From the NCBI RefSeq assembly GCF_023055435.1, contig NW_025963890.1:23746001-23810000 (forward strand): 64,000 bases of DNA, written 5' to 3'. Within the stretch, counting starts at the first letter, position 1, and every line of letters begins with the position of its first letter. A program made the translations under genes and the position numbers. This DNA is from Haliotis rufescens (Eukaryota). This document shows positions 36,069 to 49,680 of the stretch, piece after piece. A model generated the notes under the pieces. That model ran no database searches, was not told the origin of the DNA, and saw only the letters and a program-made list of their open reading frames with translations.

Positions 36069-37907
36069 CATTTGATAAAAAAACAATGGTAGAGATTGGA
36101 ATTAAATGAAATCGAAATGCAAAGAGTTTGTTCCTTGCTGTCAAAACGACATGGTTTATGAAAACGACATATGAAATAATTTCAAAAGAAAAGATCAAAG
36201 CAGAAGAACTGGAGTATGAGGAAGTGGATAAGCAGCTCTGCGCATGCGTAATTTATTCCACTGACAACACATGCACAGTTAACGGTTAAGGGCGACAATG
36301 CGACATTATAAATATGTTTAGACAGATTAGACGACTATGGCGACAGTGTTTAAAACTGAATGCTCTTCAGTAAGCGGTTAACATATCTGTTCTCTGATAT
36401 ATTTTCAACACCATTACATAATGACTATGAACGAAAACTTGACAATCACAAAAATACATACTACTTTCCGAAACGTCGTGCTTGTCGACACCATGCAAAA
36501 ACTAAAAGTACACCCAGTCATTAAATTAAATAGTTTTATGCGCGTTCGCTTTCATATTGAATTAAAATGCATTAAGTCAACGGCAAAATCCTCAAAAATT
36601 CTATTGATATGTTTACCTCCGAGGCGCTGTCTCGGAAATGAAAACAAATCACGTGACCCAAAATATATCCGACACCCCATTCGTGACCAACTCGTGTTAT
36701 TCAGGGACAAGCCAAATAGCGATTCCGACACCCGAGACAGGTGTGCAGTGCAGCAGACGACAAAACAACAGAGGTAACACAAACACACTGCAAGATACTA
36801 AAGTTACGAACACACAGTTACTAGAGATCCTTTGTATTAATAATGTTATCACGAACCCATTGAACAAGGAATAGATTATTTAATTTCGGCTAGCAACATT
36901 TTTTTCCAAAATTTGAATGATTGAATCGGACGTAAAATAACGTTGTATAACATATACGATTTGTAAATGCATCACAGAACAGTTTATGCATTCTAGTTAG
37001 TGAGTTAAGTTTAATGCGTATGGGAGTTGTGTATAGGAGGAAAACAGTTCTTGGGGCTAGATGCGTACCGTGTACGAGTATGGTGCCCACAAACGGTCGT
37101 GACCACAGAAGCTAGGTAAACCTGGGACTCCCAATCCAGGGTCATTGGATTCTCACATGACTGAAGTAAGGTCAGTCTAAACAGTGCAGGGCCCCATCAA
37201 CGATTTGAAGAAAAAGGTGGGGCGATAGGTTCCACTTGGGCCATTTGTTTTGTTTTTGACTTTGGGACGTTTTATTTTATATTGGGGTCGCTACCCCCAG
37301 AACCTCACCTCTGGATCAGGTGGATTGCAACACCTTAGATGACTGGGTCATCTATGTTCTCGTGGCTTTATGCATAAAAACTTGTAGATGTATTGGTATG
37401 TATTAGGATGTATATTGCTTATGGTTTATGGACTGGTAATTTATCATAGGGGGGAGGGGGGAGTCGGTGCGTTGAGGTTAGTGGTTGCGTCATGATAAAA
37501 TCACAGCGAAAGAGGAGGGGGGGTGCCAAACTTTATCACAACTATGTGGGTTGGGTGGGCTACAACATAAACTCTTAAACTCAACACCACCTCTACAACA
37601 TGAACTCAACATTACCTCTACAACATAAACTCAACACCACCTCTACTGCATAAACTCAACACAACCTCTACTACATAAACTCAACACCACCTCTACAACA
37701 TAAACTCATAAACTCAACACCACCTCTACAACATGAACTCAACACTACCTCTACAACATGAACTCAACACCACCTCTACATCATGAACTCAACACCACCT
37801 CTACTACATAAACTCAACACCACCTCTCCTACATAAACTTAACACCACCTCACCTACATAAACTCAACACCACCTCTCCTACATAAACTCAACACCACCT
37901 CTCCTAC

Positions 37908-39040
37908 CATCTTCCCGAGGCAAGGGAGTTAACTGACTATAAAAGTCCAGTTTCTACCCTTGCCGAACTAGGCTGGTATTATGGAGTTACATTTTGGCTG
38001 GACTAATGAGTCTATGCATAGTCCAATCAAAATCGCGCTACGAAATTGAAATCCGGTTCGAAAACTGTAATGCAGATTTCGGTCGATTGTAGGATTTGCA
38101 AAGCATGTGCACCGCCAATCTCATTAAAATCAGATCTTAGTTCCCGCTATTGCTAAACAAAGATCTGAGGACATCCCATTACAGGTCACGTCAGAAGACC
38201 TTTCATCCGACCAATCAAAGCGTCGCTTACCAGATCGTGAAAGTGACAGTTGGAATGTGTTTTCTAATCATGCAACCTCGAAAACGTTAACACGGGGTAT
38301 TCCGAATGACAGTTAAGACCCGTACGACTGATTCCGTCAAAATTATTGTCAATCTCTCGCTTCCGTGGGATATACATTTGAATGGAGGAGGCGTTGCACA
38401 GTACGTGGGAAGCACTGCCATACAATCTCAACCATATATTAGACATTCTGTAATGTTAGTTTGTTCAGTTTTTAAAATCTCAATCAAGAACTGTGTAAAC
38501 ATATTGTTCAAGCGTAGTCGCCAGGTTGAAACGAGTGTCGTGAAGCTCGAGAAAGCTGCCTTCTAATTGGCTGATGTTGTCTTCTTGTTAGTCATTTCAG
38601 TAGTCTGTCAAAGTTCATGAAAGGTCGTTCTGACGTGACCCGTAATAGGATGTCCTCAGATCTTTGTTTGGTGGCAGTGGGAACCTTGATCTGATTTTAA
38701 TGAGATTGGTGCTCCGCCAACTCGTTGTCAAGAGATATTTTCCAAATCTTTTCATGTTTTTAATCAAGGTGCTCATATGATTTGATGCATTTGTGATGTA
38801 AGACCCGTTTTATTACAATATAGACCTTGATTGTCTTGACTGGGTGCTGCTGTTTTGTTTGAAGCAAATACAAGTGGTACGATAGGTGGAATCTGATTGG
38901 TCCATAGGAGAGGCATAGAAGGGACATAACTCATAATAGCCACTGGTGGTGCTACAATCTAGCCCAGGAATTCCAGCCTAGTTCGGCAAGGTTGGAAAGT
39001 GGACTTTTAAGTCAGTTAACTCTCTTGCCTCAGGAAGATG
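37908..39040. mobile_element. Non-autonomous TIR DNA transposon (CATCTTCC termini, 4-bp TSD; possibly Academ-type)
   Basis: ~70-bp TIRs catcttcccgaggcaagggagttaactgact...ccttgccgaactaggctgg; TSD ctac (37904-37907 / 39041-39044). Confidence 0.82.
38116..38708. mobile_element. Non-autonomous AcademH-like element nested in the 37908-39040 element
   Basis: Same TIRs as the 26340 copy; 9-bp TSD gtgc(a/t)ccgc; minus strand encodes ECLIYG*DCMAVLPT. Confidence 0.87.
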
Positions 39041-39569
39041 CTACATAAACTCAACAACACTTCTCCCACATTTTCTCAACACCACCTTTCCCACACATGA
39101 AATAACACAATGTCTATAAGCACACATTGGCTGTTTTGTTTACTTAGTGTTACGTAGAATACCTTTGACTTGTATACTCCTAATGTGTCATTTGTATACA
39201 CATTGCACCGTCGTCAACACTTCACTGGCATGTATTCACTATTGATGGAGGAATGCAGTTTGTACAACCCATGTAAAGTATTGACAATGGCAGTACTTGA
39301 GTGATTACATAAATCACCTATGTGTCCCTAGGTATGGATTGTTGGTGAAAGGTTGTTGCATGTGTGCTTGTGCTAGTATGGACTAATGTCGGTTTGATAG
39401 TGACCAAAATGGAATCTTCACCAAATTTACTTCCAATAGAGCAAAAGTACATGTACTATATAACCCACTGAGATACCATGGCACAATTTAACATGAATGT
39501 CCCACTCTAAATGCTGAGTGACAGGCAGGGTAATTACAAGTAGAAGTACAATCTTTAAATGTCTTTTGT

Positions 39570-41522
39570 ATATACACATTGTTTTCAGCCCATAGTAAAA
39601 CATTGTTTTTCACACATTGTACACATTGTTTTCAGCACAGTGTACACATTGTTTTCAGCACAGTGTACACATTGTTTTCAGCATAGTGTACACATTGTTT
39701 TCAGCAGAGTGTACACATTCTTTTCAGCATAGTGTACACATTCTTTTCAGCACAGTATACACAGTGTTTTTAGCACAGTATACACATTCTTTTGAGCATA
39801 GTGTACACATTCTTTTCAGCAGAGTGTACACATTGTTTTCAGCATAGTGTACACATTGTTTTCAGCACAGTATACACATTGTTTTCAGCACAGTATACAC
39901 ATTGTTTTCAGCATAGTATACACATTGTTTTCAGCATAGTGTACACATTCTTTTCAGCAGAGTGTACACATTCTTTTCAGCATAGTGTACACATTGTTTT
40001 CAGCACAGAATACACATTGTTTTCAGCACAGTATACACATTGTTTTCAGCATAGTGTACACATTGTTTTCAGCATAGTGTACACATTCTTTTCAGCACAG
40101 TATACACATTGTTTTCAGCACAGTATACACATTCTTTTGAGCATAGTGTACACATTCTTTTCAGCAGAGTGTACACATTCTTTTCAGCATAGTGTACACA
40201 TTCTTTTCAGCACAGTATACACATTGTTTTCAGCACAATATACACATTGTTTACAGCACAGTTTACACATTGTTTTCAGCATAGTATACACATTGTTTTC
40301 AGCATAGTGTACACATTCTTTTCAGCAGTGTACACATTCTTTTCAGCATAGTGTACACATTCTTTTCAGCACAGTATACACATTGTTTTCAGCATAGTGT
40401 ACACATTGTTTTCAGCATAGTGTACACATTGTTTTCAGCACAGTGTACACATTGTTTTCAGCATAGGGTACACATTGTTTTCAGCATAGTGTACACATTG
40501 TTTACAGCACAATGTACACATTGTTTTCAGCATAGTGTACACATTGTTTTCAGCATAGTGTACACATTGTTTTCAGCATAGTGTACACATTGTTTTCAGC
40601 ACAGTGTACACATTGTTTTCAGCACAGTATACACATTGTTTTCAGCATAGTGTACACATTGTTTTCAGCACAGAATACACATTGTTTTCAGCACAGTATA
40701 CACATTGTTTTCAGCACAGTGTACACATTGTTTTCAGCATAGTGTACACATTGTTTTCAGCAGAGTGTACACATTCTTTTCAGCATAGTGTACACATTCT
40801 TTTCAGCACAGTATACACATTGTTTTCAGCACAATATACACATTGTTTTCAGCACAGTTTACACATTGTTTTCAGCATAGTATACACATTGTTTTCAGCA
40901 TAGTGTACACATTCTTTTCAGCAGAGTGTACACATTCTTTTCAGCATAGTGTACACATTGTTTTCAGCACAGTATACACATTGTTTTCAGCATAGTGTAC
41001 ACATTGTTTTCAGCACAGTGTACACATTGTTTTCAGCATAGTGTACACATTGTTTTCAGCATAGTGTACACATTGTTTACAGCACGATGTACACATTGTT
41101 TTCAGCATAGTGTACACATTGTTTTCAGCACAGAATACACATTGTTTTCAGCACAGTATACACATTGTTTTCAGCACAGTGTACACATTGTTTTCAGCAT
41201 AGTGTACATATTGTTTACAGCACAGTGTACACATTGTTTTCAGCACAGTGTACACATTGTTTTCAGCACAGTGTACACATTGTTTTCAGCATAGTGTACA
41301 CATTGTTTTCAGCATAGTGTACACATTGTTTTCAGCACAGTGTACACATTGTTTTCAGCACAGTGTACACATTGTTTTCAGCATAGTGTACACATTGTTT
41401 TCAGCACAGTGTACACATTGTTTTCAGCACAGTGTACACATTGTTTTCAGCATAGTGTACACATTGTTTACAGCACAATGTACACATTGTTTTCAGCATA
41501 GTGTACACATTGTTTTTGGCAC
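39570..41522. repeat. 23-bp satellite (~85 copies)
   Basis: Unit gtgtacacattgttttcagcata; unrelated in sequence to the 8.8-kb 23-mer. Confidence 0.95.
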
Positions 41523-42485
41523 AGATGGTGTGGGATATTGATGATAACATCAAACTGGTGTCTGGTCTAGGTTTAAGTATCAGCAGGCTGTAGTGATATA
41601 GCTAGAATATTGCTGTGGCACAAACATGACATTTGCACCAGGAGTGCTGTATTGAACATAGTAGTTGTGTTAAGTGCACACAATCTGGTGGAAACTTCCA
41701 TACCGAGAAGGTTGTTAGCATCCATGTCTTCCCTCCCAGCAGTGACAACCATCTGGACCTTCACATACTGCAGTTGATTTGTTGTTTCAGATGCATGAAC
41801 AACCAGAGACATATCTGTCTGGAATCAAAGGGTGGTAGTTTGTCCTAATTATGGCTCTTCAGGTTAGACTACTTGCTATCCACAAGTTGCACTTTGTCCT
41901 TACCTTCCACAGCTTTGTCAGTATGATTCATTTCTATTGACCTCCTTCAAACAAATCAAGTTTTCACTATCAGTGATTATGTGAAGTACAGGAAGGCTGC
42001 AGTGCTGAGGTCATGGTTGCTGTTTCTCCTTCCCTGTTAAGGGGCATAGTGTTCTTCTCCTATTACTGCTTCTACTCGACTTTCATCCTTGCAATCTATA
42101 ATTCTGTTTCCAGACAGCATTTGAAGTGATGCAGGTTTCAACTCTGCCTTTGGTAATATGCCTTTCTCTTTGGTTCTATCTATGGCTGTCAATAATAACT
42201 CTTTACATGCACTCACGGTTTCATTTATCTGCAGCTGTGCATGATACAGGTCCCCAGTGAGATCACCTCCCTTTGAAAACCTCAATGTCTTTGTTTCATG
42301 GAAGTTAACAATTTGCAGGTTGTTAATGCTGCTAATGTGTTGTAGGTTCAGTTTCTTAGCAAGGTTTTCCAAAACTTTAACTCTGCAACCACAGTGGCCA
42401 TTGATGTTAATTTTGTAAGGTACCTGAGGCTTCGTTGTTCGTCAAACAGGTACAGTTCAAGGGTTTATCAGTTCATTCTTTGGGT

Positions 42486-42826
42486 GGGGGCACGGGTGAC
42501 CCAGTCGTCTGAGGTGCCGCAATTCGCTGTGCAGAGTTGCGTCCCTTGGTCACGCCAGAAACCTTTGATTGTGGGTTCGAATCCCAGTTCGCCCCGATTA
42601 TGTTCCTAGGTTTGTCAGCACCATACCAGTGCTAGTGGGTCTCACCGAAGTGGTAAACGTCTGAGACCTGCATCACTTCGGGTTTTCCTCCCACATTAAG
42701 CTGACATGCCACAATATAACTGGAATACTGTTAAAAGCGGCATTAAACCTCACTCACTCACTCACTCACTCACCCACCCACCCACCCACTCACTCACTCA
42801 CTCACTCACTCACCCACTCACTCACT
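42486..42826 (+). mobile_element. SINE family B, full copy with long (ACTC/ACCC)n tail
   Basis: Collinear with 15694-15973; B box ggttcgaatccc. Confidence 0.88.
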
Positions 42827-45800
42827 TTTTTATTCAGGGAACTCTAAAAGGGAATCTTCTTTCGCCTTGTTTGCCAATTGTGCCACCAACTGCCAAACAT
42901 TTGGAATGTATCCAAAGACTTCCCATATTCAGTAGACTTGGTTAAAAGCAATAGCATTGACATACTGAAGTATATCATGAATATGATGGCATAATCTATT
43001 AGAACAGCATTTTTATACAGGACATTGTCATGGATTATAGTGTATTTTCCCTGAAACTAACTACCCAGTTAAAAATGCAAAGTGATAAAAGGTGTTTCAG
43101 ACTTGGACCTTTTCAATAAAAATATCTTTAGAGTTCGCAGGAGACTTGGAGAATGAAGACTTATATATGATACACCATAGCAGCGTGACAAGACAGCCAT
43201 GCATGTGGGACACAATGCACTTGTAGCACCGAGAGAAGGTTACCTGAATACCAAATGGACTAATGGTCACGCCTTATGACTATAACAATACTATCTGAAT
43301 CATCCTTCCAGGTTTGGATTTCCTTGTCTCTGTTGATTTATCCTATTGATGTTAACAGCAATTTGTGTTCTTCAATCAGTACGCTACCTTGCATCCCATG
43401 TTTCAGCATGTGAATTATTCAGCTCTATCATTTACTCTTGAGTGAGAAACTATTGATTCTATGTGATTAGAAGTAAATAGTCAAAGCTCAACACTTCTTG
43501 ATGTGAGAAGGCTAAATCTGTTGATAAATGTTTGCGATTGAAAACAGTCATCTGACATTTCATGCGAAATTTTCCTGAAGCACATCAATCATTTACAAGC
43601 ACTGGAAATGAAGATTAGAATTCGGGTTGAGGTTGTCTATTTTGTGGATGTCAGGTTGAATGCTATGAGAAACCCTTACCGCTACCTGCACATGCATGTA
43701 AAGTTGGTGCTGAAAACACTAGGAGTATTATTTGAAGTGTTGGCTATTACAGATTTATTACATATAAAATGATAAATAAGAAGCTGGCAGGTTGTGTGGT
43801 ATTTCCTACATGAGGATGAAATACCAGCCACAACATGAATTAAGCTTTATGTTTTTTCATTAGGCTTTATCTTGTAACCATGACACAGGACCCACATTTC
43901 TATATATTTTTATATAATTGCAAAAAAATGTTCTCAGAAACATGTGTTGCACAGTGTGGATCCCATATAATTATGATTTATTTAACTTCCCGATGGAGTG
44001 TGCATCTCAAAATGTCGTATGACTACATATTTCCCATCAGTATATAGCCAATGTGAAGTGATGCAGCCAAGAATCAGGGACTTTGACAAGATGCTACTCA
44101 GTATGATACAAACAGCAAGTGAATTAACTCCAATGACAGGTCGCATATTGTTAGGGTGAAGTGAAAGGGTCCTGGCAAGAAACAACAGGCAGTCACAGCT
44201 AACTGTGATGTTTATAACCAATGTTGGTCTACCAACTCATATTTGATTATGTAGATCAATGTCAATTAATGATTACCCTAATTATAGAGTGACAAAGTCT
44301 TAGTTTCATCGTCTCGGCCAAGGCTGGAAATGTCCGCCAGATCCTGCAGCATACCCCTCCTTTAGCTGTCATATCACTACATTGTAACCTTGCTGTATGA
44401 CACCATAGGGACATCAGGACCGCCCCAATCACATGTAGAGACAGGGGGAAATACTTAAAAGTGCACATTTTCTTTAATATTTCGTAACAAGAATCACATT
44501 GCTTAAGAAGTGTCTATGACTTTACCAAGACACATTACATGCTATTTTGTAGATGTTGTATTATTGATATTCTTCTATGGATAGGTGTTTTATTGGATAA
44601 AATGTGTTTACCACTGCATCTATATACTCTAACACTCCCAGTGGAAATGTGCTGTAGTTATAGTCCTGTAAAGTGGAAGTCAACATACCTCACTGGACTT
44701 GCCAGGGAACAGTTTGCAATACACCATGATATACTGCTGAATTAATTCCTTTTGATTTCTTCAGTTGGATTTCAGATGAAATAATTCAGTGTTTTTCAAA
44801 ACTATTTGCTGTGCATAATTCAAAGACCAGAGTAATGATGATGAACATTGATCGCTGTTGCTTGTGTAAACAATAATAATGGTGCTGTTTTATATTCTCT
44901 TGATGTTAAATACACTATTATCCTTCTTGTGATAAGAAGCGTGTTTACTTTTCTGCCAATCAGTAGCACATTAGTAACGAATTTCCGGGAAACTCAAAGG
45001 TGGGTTTTGCGGAGGTGGGTGATGATGTGTCACATGTAGTCATTGCAGCGAGCATGAGGCCTGGTGCCTGTGGATGAATGGTGGATCCAAACAGGGTTGT
45101 TGAACTAGTGACAGTGATTTCTTACACACCTGTGGGTGAAAAACCCAATTGATAAAACTCGTATCAAACATGTGTGAGATCAAATTCCAGGCCCGTGATT
45201 GGCTACTCCATGCTGATGACCTGAGGTCAGATTATGACGGACTACTTTCCTGAATGTAGTCATTGATAAGTTGCTCTTTCTTCAGTTGAATGTTCACCAA
45301 TGTCTTTGTTGAACCACAGGACCGTGTAATAATAATAATAAAAATAAACAAACTCATTCTCGTCTGCAAGTTTGTTTCTTAATATTATCAGTTACATTGT
45401 CTGTTGTTATGTTGTTAAGCCCCCTGGATGCCACAGCAACATATATGTCCCTCTTCAATCCTCACTTCGAAGACGAATAAAATTAAAAGTACATCACGCA
45501 AAACTAATACACTTCAAGGTTTTGAATTCCCTCTTCTGTGATATCATTCATTGTCATTTTAGGCAAACAAAAATTACTGAAAGTGACTTCTGAAAATTAG
45601 GTACATCATTAATCTCGCCAAATCACAATTCATTGCATTGTTTACTGTGTGTTTAGAAATCTCAATATTGGATATTTTCTTAAAGAATTATATTTCAAAA
45701 ATAGCATCTTAGTGATGACGGGTATCTTTTTTTCATCAAATCACTAATAATATTTCTGAAATGTCGTCGATAAGCCTAGAATCGTTTAGAATGTATTTGA

Positions 45801-46148
45801 AAATACGCATACACAAACGCCGAAGTGTACATTCTGCCATATTGGATTGTGTTTACAAAATGCAAGTTATGACGCCTATTAGATCACGTATATTGCAAAC
45901 TCAGGTGTGACACATGCATCCCTGAATTTTGTAAAAGCCGGCCACCGGTGGTGATGTCATACAGAAGTAAACATTCTTGTACATATTTGGTAATTTCTAA
46001 GAGGTGAAAACTTTTAACTCAGCATTCAGTGTGTTCATTGTTTTTGTCTAGTTTGCACTATCATCATCTTTGTGTAGGGTCACATTATATATGCGTAGAT
46101 CTAGTAAGCAGTACGTTGGATGACGTCACTCATGGCTTTAGTGTTATA

Positions 46149-47652
46149 TACTCTTCAAAAAAAGAAACTTGACATAGATGTAAAACCACTTTTTGCCAAA
46201 TATCTAAAATAATTACATTAAATGAGAACCAAATAAGTCCAACAGAAAGTCGATGTGTCTATAATTTGCGAAAAACACATGCAAAGCACATAAACGTAGA
46301 GTTTGGGGATCAATTTTACAGCTTCATCCAAATGCAACTGCCTGTAAAAAACGTGCAGCACAGGATCCTGCATTTAGGCATGCAGGCCCCCCTGCTGAAT
46401 GGGTATAAAAATCCACATCAACGGCTGTTCATACAGTCCTTATAATGACAGTAGAGGTGGTGACAGAATGCCAAGACTGAATGCAGCTCAACGGAACAAC
46501 GCCATTGGGAGATTACAAGCTGGAGCAACTCAGCAAGAAGTGGCCAGGCACTTTGGCATATCCAGACAGACAATCTCCGCACTGTGGACCCGATACAACA
46601 ACACCAACAGAGTTGACGACAAACCAAGGTCAGGAAGACCAAGGGTGACAACCCAAGCACAAGATCGACACCTCCGAGACCGCACTACCACAGCCACGTC
46701 TACAACCACACAGATACCTGGGGTACGCAGAATATCAGATCAAACGGTATGCAACAGACTGAGGGAGGCTGGACTTTTTGCACGAAGACCTATTCGACGT
46801 CATGTATTGACCCCACGTCATCTGGCGGACCGTCTGCTTTGGTGCCAACAGAGGGTTAGATGGGCACGTGCAAGGTGGAGAAATGTACTGTTATTGACGA
46901 GTCCCGTTTCCTACTCACACAAGCTGATGGGCGCACACGTGTCTACAGACGTCAGGGTGAACGTTACGCCCCCAACTGTGTGCAGCAGGTTGTCCCATTT
47001 GGCGGCCGGAGTGTCATGGTATGGGCCAGAATTCATCACGGTGGTAGGACGCCTCTCGTGCATGTGGCAGGTGCATTGACAGGTGTGCGCTACAGAGACT
47101 TGATCCTACAGCCTTACATTCTTCCTCACGTCAACGTTCATGGCGGACAGTTCCAGCAGGACAACGCTCGAACGCATATTGCACGTGTTTGTCAGGACTT
47201 TCTCCAGCACAACAACATCCAGACATTACCTTGGCCAGCCCGGTCACCAGATTTGTCCCCGATTGAGAATCTGTGGGACGAGTTGGATCAATGCGTTCGC
47301 AGAAGGAATCCACCGCCCCAAACACTTCTGGCACTTCTTGATGCACTTCAGCATGAATGGCAGCACATCCAACAGCGTGTTATTGACAACTTGATTGCAC
47401 CTATGGGTCGTCGGTGTCAAGCGGTGATTGATGCACGTGGTGGGCAGAACCGATACTGACATTTTCTGTACCCCTGAGACATTAACTGTATCGTGTACGT
47501 GTGTCTGTCTAGGTAACACAGTTAATGTTTTGAACATTGTGTACATTGATCTTCAAACAGTGTTTAAATTATGGTTTCTGTGTCCTATTTTTAAACAATC
47601 GCATTATATTACATTTTGAAAATCAGTGTTAAGTTTCTTTTTTTGAAGAGTA
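46149..47652 (+). mobile_element. Tc1-like (DD34E) transposon, near full length
   Basis: TIRs tactcttcaaaaaaagaaactt / aagtttctttttttgaagagta with TA TSD; 1504 bp. Confidence 0.93.
46468..47459 (+). pseudogene. Tc1 transposase with a single frameshift near 46890
   Basis: MPRLNAAQRNNAIG (HTH), GRPR, DESRF, QQDNA-34aa-E (SPDLSPIENLW). Confidence 0.9.
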
Positions 47653-48462
47653 TATATTAATGAGCTACTGCGATCATGAGAATAAACAAAATGCATCTAA
47701 GGTGCGATTTTAGGGTGTGTCAGATCTTACAACTTGTTATTTCAAAGCATATCTAACTCACTTTCACTTATTGGATACGTAACACATCAATGATGCCTTG
47801 AATAATTGCTTTTTCAAGACGTTGACCTTATAGAAGGCCTACATTGTAAGTGTGTACTACGACTAAAATGGTCCATGTAAATTGGTTAAAATGTGAAATG
47901 TAAAATCGTACACAATAATTATGATATATATATGAGATTTTAATAGAAGCTGAAGTAAAATCTCTGTCACATTGTAACATCTTGGCATGTCCTACCTTCC
48001 TTTCGGCTGTACATATGAACATAGTTGCCTTCATGCCTATGCTGTGCCTGCTTGAAGGAGATAGCCTGCATGCCACCATCAAAACTGTGTCTTGGAGAAT
48101 ATAGCATGTATTTTTATGGGGCAATTAAACATTTGTCCTGATGTGAGTTCAAAATGTGAGTTGTGTTATAATCTGATTGGTTAAAATTGTGTTAAAGTAT
48201 TTGCAGCGAGAAATCCTTCTGACTACTTGCCAGTTTCTGCAAATGAATACTTTCTTGTTAATATTTAAATCTTCTCGGCTCATATATGTAATAGACACTG
48301 CGTTTCATCAATTTAGATCCAACTGCATCAAATATTGATTGGAAACCTTCGCTGTTATTGATTCAACATTCTCCCATCAGCAGGATGTTCGGTTGTCAGG
48401 AAAGCATATGATGTCATTCATTGTTACATGATGTAACTGCATTGCAGAATCCGCAGCGAGCG

Positions 48463-49303
48463 GTATGGTGGCAACTATTCTTGTCCATGGTCTGTATGGT
48501 GGCAACTATTCTTGACCATGATCGGTATGGTGGCAACTATTCTTGACCATGATCGGTATGGTGGCAACTATTCTTGACCATGATCCGTATGGTGGCAACT
48601 ATTCTTGACCATGATCGGTATGGTGGCAACTATTCTTGACCATGATCTGTATGGTGGCAACTATTCTTGACCATGATCCGTATGGTGGCAACTATTCTTG
48701 ACCATGATCCGTATGGTGGCAACTATTCTTGACCATGATCGGTATGGTGGCAACTATTCTTGACCATGATCGGTATGGTGGCAACTATTCTTGACCATGA
48801 TCCGTATGGTGGCAACTATTCTTGACCATGATCCGTATGGTGGCAACTATTCTTGACCATGATCGGTATGGTGGCAACTATTCTTGACCATGATCCGTAT
48901 GGTGGCAACTATTCTTGACCATGATCGGTATGGTGGCAACTATTCTTGACCATGATCGGTATGGTGGCAACTATTCTTGACCATGATCCGTATGGTGGCA
49001 ACTATTCTTGACCATGATCCGTATGGTGGCAACTATTCTTGACCATGATCCGTATGGTGGCAACTATTCTTGACCATGATCGGTATGGTGGCAACTATTC
49101 TTGACCATGATCCGTATGGTGGCAACTATTCTTGACCATGATCCGTATGGTGGCAACTATTCTTGACCATGATCTGTATGGTGGCAACTATTCTTGACCA
49201 TGATCGGTATGGTGGCAACTATTCTTGACCATGATCGGTATGGTGGCAACTATTCTTGACCATGATCCGTATGGTGGCAACTATTCTTGACCATGATCCG
49301 TAT
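48463..49303. repeat. 31-bp minisatellite (~27 copies)
   Basis: Unit gatc(c/g)gtatggtggcaactattcttgaccat. Confidence 0.95.
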
Positions 49304-49680
49304 GGGGGCTGTAGTGTCATGGTGAGAGGCAGTATCACACATGGCAGAACTGATTTGGTTATTGTGAATGGACATTTGATTAGCCAGTGACATGCTGACA
49401 ACATTCTGCATCCTGAAGTTTGAACTGCAAGATGGCAATGTCAGGTCCTCACCGATTATCTCCAATGAGAAGGCACACAGACAATAGACTGGCCCACTGA
49501 GTCCCCTGACTTGTCCCCAATGGGACATCTGTGGGATCTTCTCGGGCGGAGAGAGTAAGCCAGAAACCTAGCACCCTCAAACATGACATTGGGTAGCCCT
49601 TCAGGCAGAATGGCAGGTAATACCAAGGGCAACCATATGCAAGTTTATCAACAGTATGCCATCAGGTTGTCATATACAGA
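49290..49680 (+). pseudogene. Degenerate Tc1 transposase 3' remnant
   Basis: YGGCSVMVRGSITHGRTDLVIVNGHL; LQDGN; DWPTESPDLSPMGHLWD. Confidence 0.8.

Larger units (their letters stand above)
37559..39095. repeat. 25-bp minisatellite (37559-37907, continuing 39041-39095) interrupted by a TIR element
   Basis: Unit ctacaacataaactcaacaccacct. Confidence 0.85.

Noticed and set aside
39617-41541. Repetitive plus-strand ORFs
   Set aside because: Translations of the 23-bp satellite.
41573-42372. Protein-like minus-strand ORFs (111 aa and 79 aa)
   Set aside because: Possibly a decayed coding sequence, but no recognisable motif or splice structure; needs a database search.
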